The notes: generated by a model not told the origin, from the sequence alone. DNA of 64,000 nucleotides from Thermodesulfovibrionales bacterium (GCA_035686305.1 DASRZP010000053.1:3583-67582); one strand, 5' to 3'. Positions 28,070-36,272 are shown, counted from the first letter of the stretch. A program made the numbers and translations.

Positions 28070-29416
28070 TCAGCGAGATGTACCAACCTTTTTTCTCAGC
28101 GTTAGCCTGTTGATCCCAAGTATGCGGGCAGCTTCGGACTGGTTCTCCCTCGTCTGGGACAGGATATAGTCGAATACGCTCTTGTCCACTTCCCTGTGGA
28201 TCTTCTCATAGAGATTCCTCTCCCTCGTCTCAAGGGCCTTCTTCATAAAGGGGATGAGAACCGAAGAGAGGGTTTCGGGAAACGGCATCTCCTTGTGCTG
28301 CGCAGCATGATACCCGAAGTCTTTGAGGTCATGAGTTGTGAGATAGGGCGTCTTGCTGATTGCGATGGCCGATCGGATCGCATTTTCGAGCTCCCTGATG
28401 TTACCGGGCCAGTCATAGGAACGGAGCTTGTTCAGAAAGGCATTGGTGATTCCTTTCAGAGGTTTCTGGGCTGAGTGGCGGTAACGATAAAAAAAGAACT
28501 GAACGAGTGGAAGGATGTCGTTCTTGCGCTCGCGGAGTGGTGGAACGTGAATCTCCGCAACGCGCAGCCTGTGATACAGGTCCTCTCTGAACTTTCCTTC
28601 CCGCACCATCGCGGCAAGGTCACGGTTTGTGGCGGATATGACCCTCACGTCCACCTGAATTTCGCTTGTGCTGCCGATGGGATAGAACGCCTGGGTCTGG
28701 AGAAAACGGAGGAGTTTCCCCTGGAGCGCGAGGGGCAGTTCCCCTACCTCATCAAAAAAGAGCGTTCCGCTGTCCGCAATCTTGAGCATTCCTTCCTTTG
28801 AAGAAATCGCACCGGTGAAGGCGCCCTTGGTAAAGCCGAAGAGTTCGGATTCGAGAAGGTTCTCCGGTACGGCTGCGCAGTTGATCACGACAAAGGGTTT
28901 CCCGAAGCGGGGGGAGAGCTGGGCAACGGACTCGGCGATCAGTTCCTTGCCTGTGCCTGTCTCTCCGGTGATCAGTATCGGTACTTCCACCTGCGCCAGC
29001 CGGGCCAGTCTCTTGCAGACATCCATGATGAGGGACGATTGCCCTACGATCGCACAGGTCGCGGTCGGAGGAGGGTTGGAGAGGAGAATCGGTCTCTCTA
29101 TCTCTTCTCCGAGATCGAGCAGCTCCTGGATGATACGTGACACCGTCTCTTGCTTCAGGGGCCGGTGTATCACCTCATATGCGCCGGACGTCGTTGCTTC
29201 CATTACCGGCTCTGTTCTCTTCTGGCCCGTGATCGCAACAACAAAGGCCCTTTCACTGAGTTCCCTGACGGCGCCAACCCCTGAGGAGTCTATATCGACG
29301 AAGATAACGTTGCTCTCAGACCCCGACTGCTGACGTGTCAGCCTGAAGCCCTTCGGCAGCACAGCCTCCAGATCCCTTTTCAGAACGTTCTCTTTTGTAA
29401 TGAGGAGAATTTTCAT
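28070..29416 (-). CDS. Sigma-54-dependent transcriptional activator (receiver-like N-domain, AAA+, Fis HTH)
   Basis: Walker A GETGTGKE, the GAFTGA loop (FTKGAFTGA), RELENAI, and the C-terminal HTH QSEAARILGINRLTLRKK. The N-domain lacks the usual acidic pair (LLITKEN instead of the DD/DE type). Confidence 0.9.
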   Translation of the reverse strand: MKILLITKENVLKRDLEAVLPKGFRLTRQQSGSESNVIFVDIDSSGVGAVRELSERAFVVAITGQKRTEPVMEATTSGAYEVIHRPLKQETVSRIIQELLDLGEEIERPILLSNPPPTATCAIVGQSSLIMDVCKRLARLAQVEVPILITGETGTGKELIAESVAQLSPRFGKPFVVINCAAVPENLLESELFGFTKGAFTGAISSKEGMLKIADSGTLFFDEVGELPLALQGKLLRFLQTQAFYPIGSTSEIQVDVRVISATNRDLAAMVREGKFREDLYHRLRVAEIHVPPLRERKNDILPLVQFFFYRYRHSAQKPLKGITNAFLNKLRSYDWPGNIRELENAIRSAIAISKTPYLTTHDLKDFGYHAAQHKEMPFPETLSSVLIPFMKKALETRERNLYEKIHREVDKSVFDYILSQTRENQSEAARILGINRLTLRKKVGTSR

Positions 29417-29793
29417 GGTGATTAGTTATTATACGCTATGGCTAAGAAGTAATCAATGGTGCGCATGTGTGTATTCCAACGATTATGGACACCTATTCTG
29501 TCTCGCGGCGGCGACATTCCTGAGCGATGCGGCCTCGAATTCCGGACGATTGCGGACAGTTCTCTCCCCACTCTCGTGCCACGTCTGGTATGAGCGCATC
29601 ACGTCGATGAAAGTTATTTTATGTGGTGTACACCGACTAACTCTCGCTGGCGTGCTCTCAGCAGACGCAAGAGTTCCACTTCAAACATGCACACCTATGT
29701 TGAGACATCATTTGCGGGCTTCATGCAGAATCATGCAACCTAATATTGCGGCGATTAGATAAGGAAAAGAGACGAGTCAATACTGGACGGTTT

Positions 29794-30486
29794 TCAGCTC
29801 ATAAATCGAGTTAGATATGATAATACGTCGCTCATTGATGCATTGATAGTCATGTAGGTGTTCGATGAAACCGCCAGAAGAGCAGCTTCGCTCTGTACAA
29901 AAGGCCCTGGTATTAACTCCTCCCGGCAGTTGTCCAGAATTGCAATTGCACTCTGAGGGGTAGTTTCAAGGTGAAACTGCAATCCAATGACATTACTCAT
30001 GATCTCAAAGGGTTGGTTTTCACAACCCGCGCTCTTCGCCAGCCGCACAGCACCTTTAGGCAGGTCGAACGTCTCTCCGTGCCAGTGAAAGACGAGACAC
30101 TCCGAGGGAAATAGAAAAACGGACTCGGATGTTGGCATAGCCTGGATCGGAAACCACCCAATCTCTTTGAGTGGGTTTCGATACACACGCGCACCAAGAG
30201 CACTTGCGATGAGCTGAGCGCCCAGGCAAATTCCCAAGACAGGAACACCCCGTGCGATTGCATCTCGCAGGAACTGCTTTTCCTGCTTAAGCCAAGGCAG
30301 TCCCACCTCGTCGTTGACACTCATGGGGCCTCCCAGAGCTATGATCATGTCAAAGCTATTCAGCGCAGGCAATTTGTCGCCTCGGAAGAAGCGAGTGTAG
30401 GCAATCTTTGCCCCTCGCGTTTGAAGCCAGGATTCGATACATCCGAGTCCCTCAAAGTGTACGTGCTGTAGAACTTGAACTTTCAT
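29794..30486 (-). CDS. Class I glutamine amidotransferase-like protein
   Basis: MKVQVLQHVHFEGLG..., nucleophile elbow VLGICLGAQL, and a downstream HWHGE. The ORF is open to 30537. Confidence 0.8.
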   Translation of the reverse strand: MKVQVLQHVHFEGLGCIESWLQTRGAKIAYTRFFRGDKLPALNSFDMIIALGGPMSVNDEVGLPWLKQEKQFLRDAIARGVPVLGICLGAQLIASALGARVYRNPLKEIGWFPIQAMPTSESVFLFPSECLVFHWHGETFDLPKGAVRLAKSAGCENQPFEIMSNVIGLQFHLETTPQSAIAILDNCREELIPGPFVQSEAALLAVSSNTYMTINASMSDVLSYLTRFMS

Positions 30487-30625
30487 GTTCACTACTATTT
30501 TATCCTTCGCATCAGGTTCTTTTTTGCAAGAATTCAATCGAGTACTTGTATATCAGTAAGTTCCGAGCCGCCAGCTATTTATTGTGACAAGGGATACAGC
30601 GCTCATCACCGATCATTTGGTCCTT

Positions 30626-30859
30626 TTAACCTTCGGGAGTCTTAGCCATCCCTTGCCCATGACAATTGAAGCAATCCTTAAGGCCTAGTTCCTCATTCAT
30701 TTTGACCATCTTGGGGTTCTTGCTGTGACAAACATTGCAGCCGTACGCTTCATGGATGGCCAGGGCGATCCCCATAGCTATCAACAATGATATAAAAACT
30801 AATGCTTTCATGAACATAGTATGAGTGTTACCAACCGGATTGAGTATGAGCTGTATCAT
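30626..30859 (-). CDS. Very small diheme c-type cytochrome
   Basis: Signal/anchor helix MKALVFISLLIAMGIALA, then CNVCH and CFNCH within about 43 residues. AGGA lies 6 nt before ATG 30859; alternative starts are at 30817 and 30811. Confidence 0.7.
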   Translation of the reverse strand: MIQLILNPVGNTHTMFMKALVFISLLIAMGIALAIHEAYGCNVCHSKNPKMVKMNEELGLKDCFNCHGQGMAKTPEG

Positions 30860-31211
30860 ATTGTGTCCTGTAATAATTGCCTTGTTCGTATTTGGAACGC
30901 ATAGTTTGTACTGATAGATTCGAGAATTTCAACGGGGGTTTAGTAAGTCTCATACTGCACGAGTCACCCAGTACGGTTACGATTAAATTTCAATAAAAAA
31001 GTCGAAGTAATGGGCAATGAGCATAGGCAAACGGTTAGCCTTCGAACATAATCACATGAGATCCGTGAAGTTCTTCTTTTTCGCCAGTCTGCATACATAT
31101 ATATCTATGTCAGACACTTAAAGCCGCAGGGCCTCCCAAACCTTCTTTATGATTTTCATCATAGTATTTCTTTACGAGGAAGACTATTCTTGGGATCAAG
31201 GAGGTGTAATT

Positions 31212-31529
31212 ATGGCAAAGAAAACAGCAGTCCATGGGAGAGAGCTGGAAGTCGACGAAGATGGTTTTCTTGTGAATATTGATGACTGGGATGTGAATGT
31301 GGCGGAACATCTTGCCCGCAAAGAAGGCGTGCAGGAGCTGTCAGGCGAACACTGGAAACTTATTGCTGCCCTAAGACTCCATTACGAAAAACATCGCGAG
31401 TCACCACTGTGCCGTGACATCCTTATCGAAGCCGGATTTACTAAAATGGATATGTACAGACTATTCCCCTCTTTGGGGTATAGGAGTGCCTATAAGCTGG
31501 CCGGCTTACCGAAACCAACCGAATGTTAG
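31212..31529 (+). CDS. TusE/DsrC-family sulfur-relay protein (single C-terminal Cys)
   Basis: AAGGAGG lies before the ATG. GFLVNIDDW...EHW..I..LR.HY; the C-terminal arm is MYRLFPSLGYRSAYKLAGLPKPTEC. Only the terminal-arm Cys is present: Tyr sits where DsrC has its second Cys. Confidence 0.85.
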   Translation: MAKKTAVHGRELEVDEDGFLVNIDDWDVNVAEHLARKEGVQELSGEHWKLIAALRLHYEKHRESPLCRDILIEAGFTKMDMYRLFPSLGYRSAYKLAGLPKPTEC

Positions 31530-31569
31530 GATCTTCGAGATGACGGCAGTAAGTGTCAATTCACATGGT

Positions 31570-31609
31570 GAATCTCCCCTCTGCAAGCAACGGGGAGATT
31601 CTTTTTTTT
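31570..31609 (+). terminator. Rho-independent terminator after the TusE/DsrC-like gene
   Basis: GAATCTCCCC (31570-31579) / 12-nt loop / GGGGAGATTC (31592-31601), followed by T8 (31602-31609). Confidence 0.85.
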
Positions 31610-31627
31610 ATCGAGACTGCCAGAAAA

Positions 31628-31890
31628 CCCCGAGCTTTTAAGCTCGGGGATGAATGGCTGCCCGGAGCGGAGCCAGCAGAAGCTGGCGAAGCGGAGGTAT
31701 CTTTTGGCATAATCTGGCCATGGCCAGATATTGGACAGGGGCACACACGAAGCATCGGTTGCAGGTACACCTGGTATGGATACCGAAATACCGGCGGAGG
31801 GTGTTGCGAGGCAAAGTAGCCATACGGTTGAGACAGTTGCTGCATGAAGCAAGCAAAATGAATCGATGGCAAATAAGCGAGATGAGACAG
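31628..31890 (+). mobile_element. IS200/IS605-family tnpA remnant (5' end only, inactive)
   Basis: MARYWTGAHTKHRLQVHLVWIPKYRRRVLRGKVAIRLRQLL matches the N-terminus of Y1 (HUH) IS200 transposases. The HUH and catalytic Tyr regions are absent. Upstream hairpin CCCCGAGCTT/AAGCTCGGGG (31628-31649). The 14-bp palindrome CTGGCCATGGCCAG spans the ATG (31714-31727). Confidence 0.7.
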
Positions 31891-32519
31891 CTCATCGTGA
31901 TCTTGGTTACTCACGGGCGGAGTTTGCAAGACTGCGTATCTTTGATATAGATCCTGTCCAGACTGAAGAGGAAATACAATTGAGGATGAGTGAGGTGCTC
32001 AACAAAGGACAAGCCGAATTCGACGTAAAGCATAGGACCAAAGGTGGCGATATAAGGGATGTCCATGTCCTTACACGCGCATTGGATTTATTTGGCGACA
32101 AGTATTTGCAAGCCATATGGCAGGATATCACAGATCGCAAACTTGCTGAAAAGGACCTTGAGCTTTATAGGCAGATTCTAGCCTATATGGCAGAGGGGGT
32201 CTTGCTTATCCGAGTTAAAGATGGTGTAATTGTCTATACTAATCCGAAACTTGAAAAGATGTTTGGTTATGCTCATGATGAGCTTGTGGGACATCATGTT
32301 TCATTGCTCAATGCTCCTGCGGAGAAAAGTCCAGAAGAAACGGCTCACATGATCATGAACGCTCTTCATCAATATGGGGTATGGACGGGTGAGATCCTAA
32401 ATATTAAAAAGGATGGTACACCGTTTTGGTGCTACGCAGTTGTTTCCACATTTGAACATCATGTCCATGGTACCGTATGGATTTCAATTCATCAAGACAT
32501 CACTGACCGAAAGAGCTAA
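31866..32519 (+). pseudogene. Truncated PAS-PAS sensor fragment (no input N-terminus, no output domain)
   Basis: A partial PAS (LGYSRAEFARLRIFDIDP...IWQDITDRK) precedes a complete PAS (MAEGVLLIRVKDGVIVYTNPKLEKMFGY...KKDGTPFW...IHQDITDRK). It ends right after the second PAS, and its 5' end abuts the IS200 remnant. Confidence 0.65.
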
Positions 32520-32857
32520 CAGAAAAGCGGCTCCTCAAGCATGCTTGTTTCCCTTCAACTGATTCGGACAGACCATCAAAGTCACTGATTTGCCATTGAA
32601 GAAGTAATACAATGTTCGCTCATACATTTGTTGACTTCTACAAGTAAGCCTCAGTGACTGACCTTTGACCGTGCGAGTGTTTCTGCTCGAACACCTTACT
32701 GCTGGCAAAAATTATACAGGTTCGATTTCAGGAAGGACCTGATAGCTTGGGCCTGTGGAACATAAGGCGGTCTCCCATCACGTTTGCGATCACCAGTATT
32801 TTCTATGCTCCCGCTCAGTGATATAATAAGGAAGAGTCTTTTACACAAGGAGGAGTT

Positions 32858-33223
32858 ATGGCAAGATTGTATCGGATTGTGGCGCTCTCCTATCTTATGA
32901 TATTCATCACGGGAGCATACTTGCATTCCGCAGCTGCCGCGAACAAAAGTGAAATAATAAAGCCTTCGGAAATCCATGAAGACTGCATGGAACTGGTTCC
33001 CGGTGAATCCCTATACTATTCTTTTGAAGCCTCAGGGCCTCTCAACTTCAATATCCATTACCATGAAGACCATAATGTTGTCTATGGAATCACAAAGGAC
33101 GAGATCTCTTCAGACAAAGCAACGTTCCGTTGCGAAAAGAAGCAGTATTATTGCCTCATGTGGACGAATCCAGGTGCTGGCCAAGTCAGTCTCACGTATT
33201 CTTACAGCACAAAAGAGAAATGA
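32858..33223 (+). CDS. Hypothetical secreted protein
   Basis: AAGGAGG lies before the ATG and a TGATATAAT extended -10 sits at 32819-32827. Signal peptide ...LHSAAAA; four Cys; no recognised family. Confidence 0.55.
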   Translation: MARLYRIVALSYLMIFITGAYLHSAAAANKSEIIKPSEIHEDCMELVPGESLYYSFEASGPLNFNIHYHEDHNVVYGITKDEISSDKATFRCEKKQYYCLMWTNPGAGQVSLTYSYSTKEK

Positions 33224-33819
33224 AAAGAAAAGTTGACGGTAAGCAATTCTAACTGCTACCGGCTCACGGTTTCAGAACATTGCTCTCCAACACGAAATGA
33301 ATGGCCGTTTGCACGCTCTCATAGCGCAAGTTCTGGTAGTATGCCTCACAGGCATATCGGACTTCAGTGGCGTTGAGTTCAGAAAGAAGATATGCCTCAG
33401 CTCCCTCGTATAGCAGTTTGAACGTTTCACGTGGTAATACATTGTTTCTGCCTGTACTGGAAGTGTCCCTCTTGTTTGCCGAAAGGGGAAACTTTTAGAC
33501 TGACGCAAAAATGCTCTGGGTTCACTCAGAAAGGCTCAACCTGGATGCGTGTGCCCTCAATTCGAGTTTCAGGTGTGCGCTCCTCCTTACCGTCCAGATC
33601 TTGGACTATACCTTCTTGGGGGAAGGGTTTCAAGTGTGAAGTTATCCCGATGCCAGCCATTTTTTGCTGTGGTAAGTGAATCTGCTACAAAAGGGTCTCC
33701 TTTGCCATGAGGAGAGGGTGGAACACGCACCGATGCGGTAGCCCCATGAGTCTCAAGAGTCTCAAAGGGCCGGAAAAGGTCTTCTTGCATTTCGTTATTC
33801 CCTGTAGTATATTACGCTT

Positions 33820-34287
33820 ATGCACGGGAAGGGACACGGGCGCAAGGGGGCGCAGTCGACTGCGGGACTCCGTGGCCGTGTCTGGATCGACGGAGGAGAA
33901 GGAACGTTCCTGGGATACGGCAGGATCGTGCTCCTCGAGAAGATTCAGGAGATCGGCTCCATTACAAAGGCCGCCAAGGCCATGGAAATCTCCTACCGCC
34001 ATGCCTGGAAGCTCGTGGATTCAATGAACAGGCAGGCGGGCCATCCTCTTGTGGAATCTTCTGCGGGTGGAAAAAATGGCGGCGGAGCCCGTCTGACGGA
34101 AGAGGGCGAGAAGGCTATCAGCCTTTTCTGGAAACTCTATGATGATTTTCAGCAGTTCCTGAGGCAGGAAGAAGGGAAGCTCGGTGTTTCTTTTAAGAAA
34201 CAAGGGGATCACTCAAAGGATACATCAGGCTCTCTGAAGTTCTTTGCCTCGAGCACGGCAACAAGTAGAGAAAGGAGGAGACGATGA
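33820..34287 (+). CDS. ModE-like winged-helix regulator lacking Mop/TOBE domains
   Basis: LGYGRIVLLEKIQEIGSITKAAKAMEISYRHAWKLVDSMN...GGKNGGGARLTEEG is the ModE N-terminal (LysR-type HTH) domain. It is only 155 aa, with no di-Mop domain. The stop overlaps the next ATG (ATGA). Confidence 0.8.
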   Translation: MHGKGHGRKGAQSTAGLRGRVWIDGGEGTFLGYGRIVLLEKIQEIGSITKAAKAMEISYRHAWKLVDSMNRQAGHPLVESSAGGKNGGGARLTEEGEKAISLFWKLYDDFQQFLRQEEGKLGVSFKKQGDHSKDTSGSLKFFASSTATSRERRRR

Positions 34288-35066
34288 AGAAAGGGAAGAC
34301 GAGACTGGTTATTGCATCGACAACAAGCACGCAAAACTCGGGGCTCTTTGATATTCTCATCCCCGCCTATGAGAAAGCGACGGAGTACAACGTAGCGACT
34401 GAGATTGTTGCGGTGGGAACAGGCAAGGCCATACGGATAGCCAAAAAGGGAGAGGCTGACATGCTCTTCGTGCATGATCCCTTTAGGGAGGAAAAGTTCG
34501 TAGCCGAAGGATACGGTGTCAATAGGAGGGCTGTCATGCATAATGACTTCGTGGTCGTCGGTCCGGTCAAGGACCCTGCAGGGATTAGGGGCATAGCATC
34601 GGCAGTGGAAGCCTTTGAATTGATTGCAGAGCACGGTGCAGCCTTTATTTCCCGGGGAGATGATTCGGGAACGAATATCCGGGAACTCGATATCTGGGAC
34701 GACGCAGGCATCAATCCGAAGGGCAAGGCATGGTATATGGAGATGGGCAGTAAAATGGGCGAGACCCTGCTCGCGGCCAGCGAGAGGGAGACCTATACCA
34801 TTGCTGACATGGGAACCTTCCTGAACTATGAAGACAGGCTCAAGCTGAAGGTCCTCGTAAAAGGCGACCCGATTCTCAGAAACCAGTACAGTGTTATTGC
34901 TGTGAACCCTGCAAGATTTCCTGACGTGAGGTACCGTGAGGCTATGGATTTTATCGCCTTTGTCACGTCTTTCGAGGGGCAGAAGCTCATCGCAACGTAC
35001 CTAAGGCATGGTGCTAACCTTTTCTATCCTGACGCAATCCCGTTGGCTGCTCAGAAAAGGAAATGA
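34284..35066 (+). CDS. TupA-like oxyanion-binding protein without signal peptide (cytoplasmic paralogue)
   Basis: The TupA signature ASTTSTQNSGLFD starts at residue 11. VAVGTGKAIRIAKKGEADMLFVHDP and HNDFVVVGPVKDPAG follow. AAAGGAGGAG lies 3 nt before the ATG, and an in-frame TAG lies 5 codons upstream, so it is not a fusion. Confidence 0.8.
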   Translation: MKKGKTRLVIASTTSTQNSGLFDILIPAYEKATEYNVATEIVAVGTGKAIRIAKKGEADMLFVHDPFREEKFVAEGYGVNRRAVMHNDFVVVGPVKDPAGIRGIASAVEAFELIAEHGAAFISRGDDSGTNIRELDIWDDAGINPKGKAWYMEMGSKMGETLLAASERETYTIADMGTFLNYEDRLKLKVLVKGDPILRNQYSVIAVNPARFPDVRYREAMDFIAFVTSFEGQKLIATYLRHGANLFYPDAIPLAAQKRK

Positions 35067-35143
35067 CGGGGAAAAGACAAATGCGGCGAGTCTCTTTTCT
35101 TCCAAACCCTCTGGAAGGAAGGAAACTCTAAGGAGGCATAACG

Positions 35144-35959
35144 ATGAAAAGAATTGTTGCTGTAATTCTTGCCATTATCGTTTCCGGCTTTGCAACCGCT
35201 GCCTTTGCCGAGACGGCGATTATCTGTTCCTCGACGACAAGCACAGAGAACTCCGGTTTGTTCGGCTACATTTTGCCGCTCTTTGAGAAAAAAACGGGCA
35301 TCAAGGTAAAGGTCGTCGCGAGGGGGACGGGCGCTGCCATCGAAATGGGCAAAAGGGGAGATGCCGACGTCGTCTTTGTCCATGCGAAAGAGCAGGAGCT
35401 GAAGGCCGTTGAGGATGGCTTCTTTGTGAACCGCCATGATGTCATGTACAATGATTTCGTCATCATAGGCCCCTCCGATGATCCGGCAAAGCTCAAGGGA
35501 ACAAAATCGGCCTCCGACGCCTTCAAGAAGATTGCCGATGGCGGCCTTCTCTTCGTCTCCCGTGGCGACAACTCCGGCACCCATACAAAGGAACTCTCGA
35601 TCTGGAAGAAAGTCGGCATAGATCCGAAGGGCAAAAAATGGTATCTCGAGGTAGGCCAGGGCATGGAAAAGACCCAGAGGATCGCCAACGAAAAACGGGC
35701 ATACACCCTCACCGATAGGGGCACATGGCTTGCAACAAAGGATAAGGACAAGCTTGAGATGGTCATCGTCCTTGAGGGTGATCCTCTCTTGTTTAATCAG
35801 TATGGTGTCATGGCGGTAAATCCTGAAAGGCATAAGCACGTTAAATACAAAGAGGCGACGGAATTTATTAACTGGCTGATATCGAAGGAAGGGCAGGAGG
35901 CGATTGCTTCATTCAAAGACGCCAACGGCAATGCCCTTTTCATCCCCAATGCAAAGTAA
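35144..35959 (+). CDS. tupA: Tungstate ABC transporter substrate-binding protein
   Basis: Signal peptide MKRIVAVILAIIVSGFATAAFA. Then SSTTSTENSGLFG, ARGTGAAIEMGKRGDADVVFVHA, and YNDFVIIGPSDDPA. Confidence 0.85.
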   Translation: MKRIVAVILAIIVSGFATAAFAETAIICSSTTSTENSGLFGYILPLFEKKTGIKVKVVARGTGAAIEMGKRGDADVVFVHAKEQELKAVEDGFFVNRHDVMYNDFVIIGPSDDPAKLKGTKSASDAFKKIADGGLLFVSRGDNSGTHTKELSIWKKVGIDPKGKKWYLEVGQGMEKTQRIANEKRAYTLTDRGTWLATKDKDKLEMVIVLEGDPLLFNQYGVMAVNPERHKHVKYKEATEFINWLISKEGQEAIASFKDANGNALFIPNAK

Positions 35960-35987
35960 CGACGGGGCCCTGCCCGGAGTTGAGCGG

Positions 35988-36272
35988 ATGAGCGTTCTCA
36001 TTCATGCCCTGCGGGACTATGCCGTTCAGAACGCTCGGGCTTACTATGAGGAGCATCTCTTCCAGACCTATTGCGCCCCCTGCCTTGCCACATGGGACGC
36101 CTTTGCATGGTTCGAGGTCGTCCAGGACTGGGAACTTGTCGATTTCCTCACCTCAGGCACGGTTAAGGCGGATCGGTTGCTGAGGAGTCTTCAGGCATGT
36201 CTTCAATGGTATGGACAGACAGAGATTGATGACATTCTTGCGCGCATGGACACGGCAAGGATAAGAAACTGA
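35988..36272 (+). CDS. Hypothetical cytoplasmic protein inserted between tupA and tupB
   Basis: A 94-aa ORF (MSVLIHALRDYAVQNARAYYEEH...) with GGAG 8 nt upstream and no recognised motif. An alternative start at 35949 would overlap tupA. Confidence 0.4.
   Translation: MSVLIHALRDYAVQNARAYYEEHLFQTYCAPCLATWDAFAWFEVVQDWELVDFLTSGTVKADRLLRSLQACLQWYGQTEIDDILARMDTARIRN

Noticed and set aside
29400-29762. 120-codon plus-strand ORF. Also a minus-strand Cys-rich mini-frame with an in-frame TGA (MMSQHRCACLKWNSCVC-TGA-ESTP...).
   Set aside because: There is no SD, no recognisable domain and odd composition. The region is more likely non-coding or decayed DNA at the island edge. There is too little evidence to call a gene or a selenoprotein.
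30892-30908. Sigma-54-like element TGGAAC-N-TTTGT between the mini-cytochrome and the TusE-like gene.
   Set aside because: The -12 GC dinucleotide is missing and the spacing is off by one. It also lies about 300 nt from the nearest start codon.
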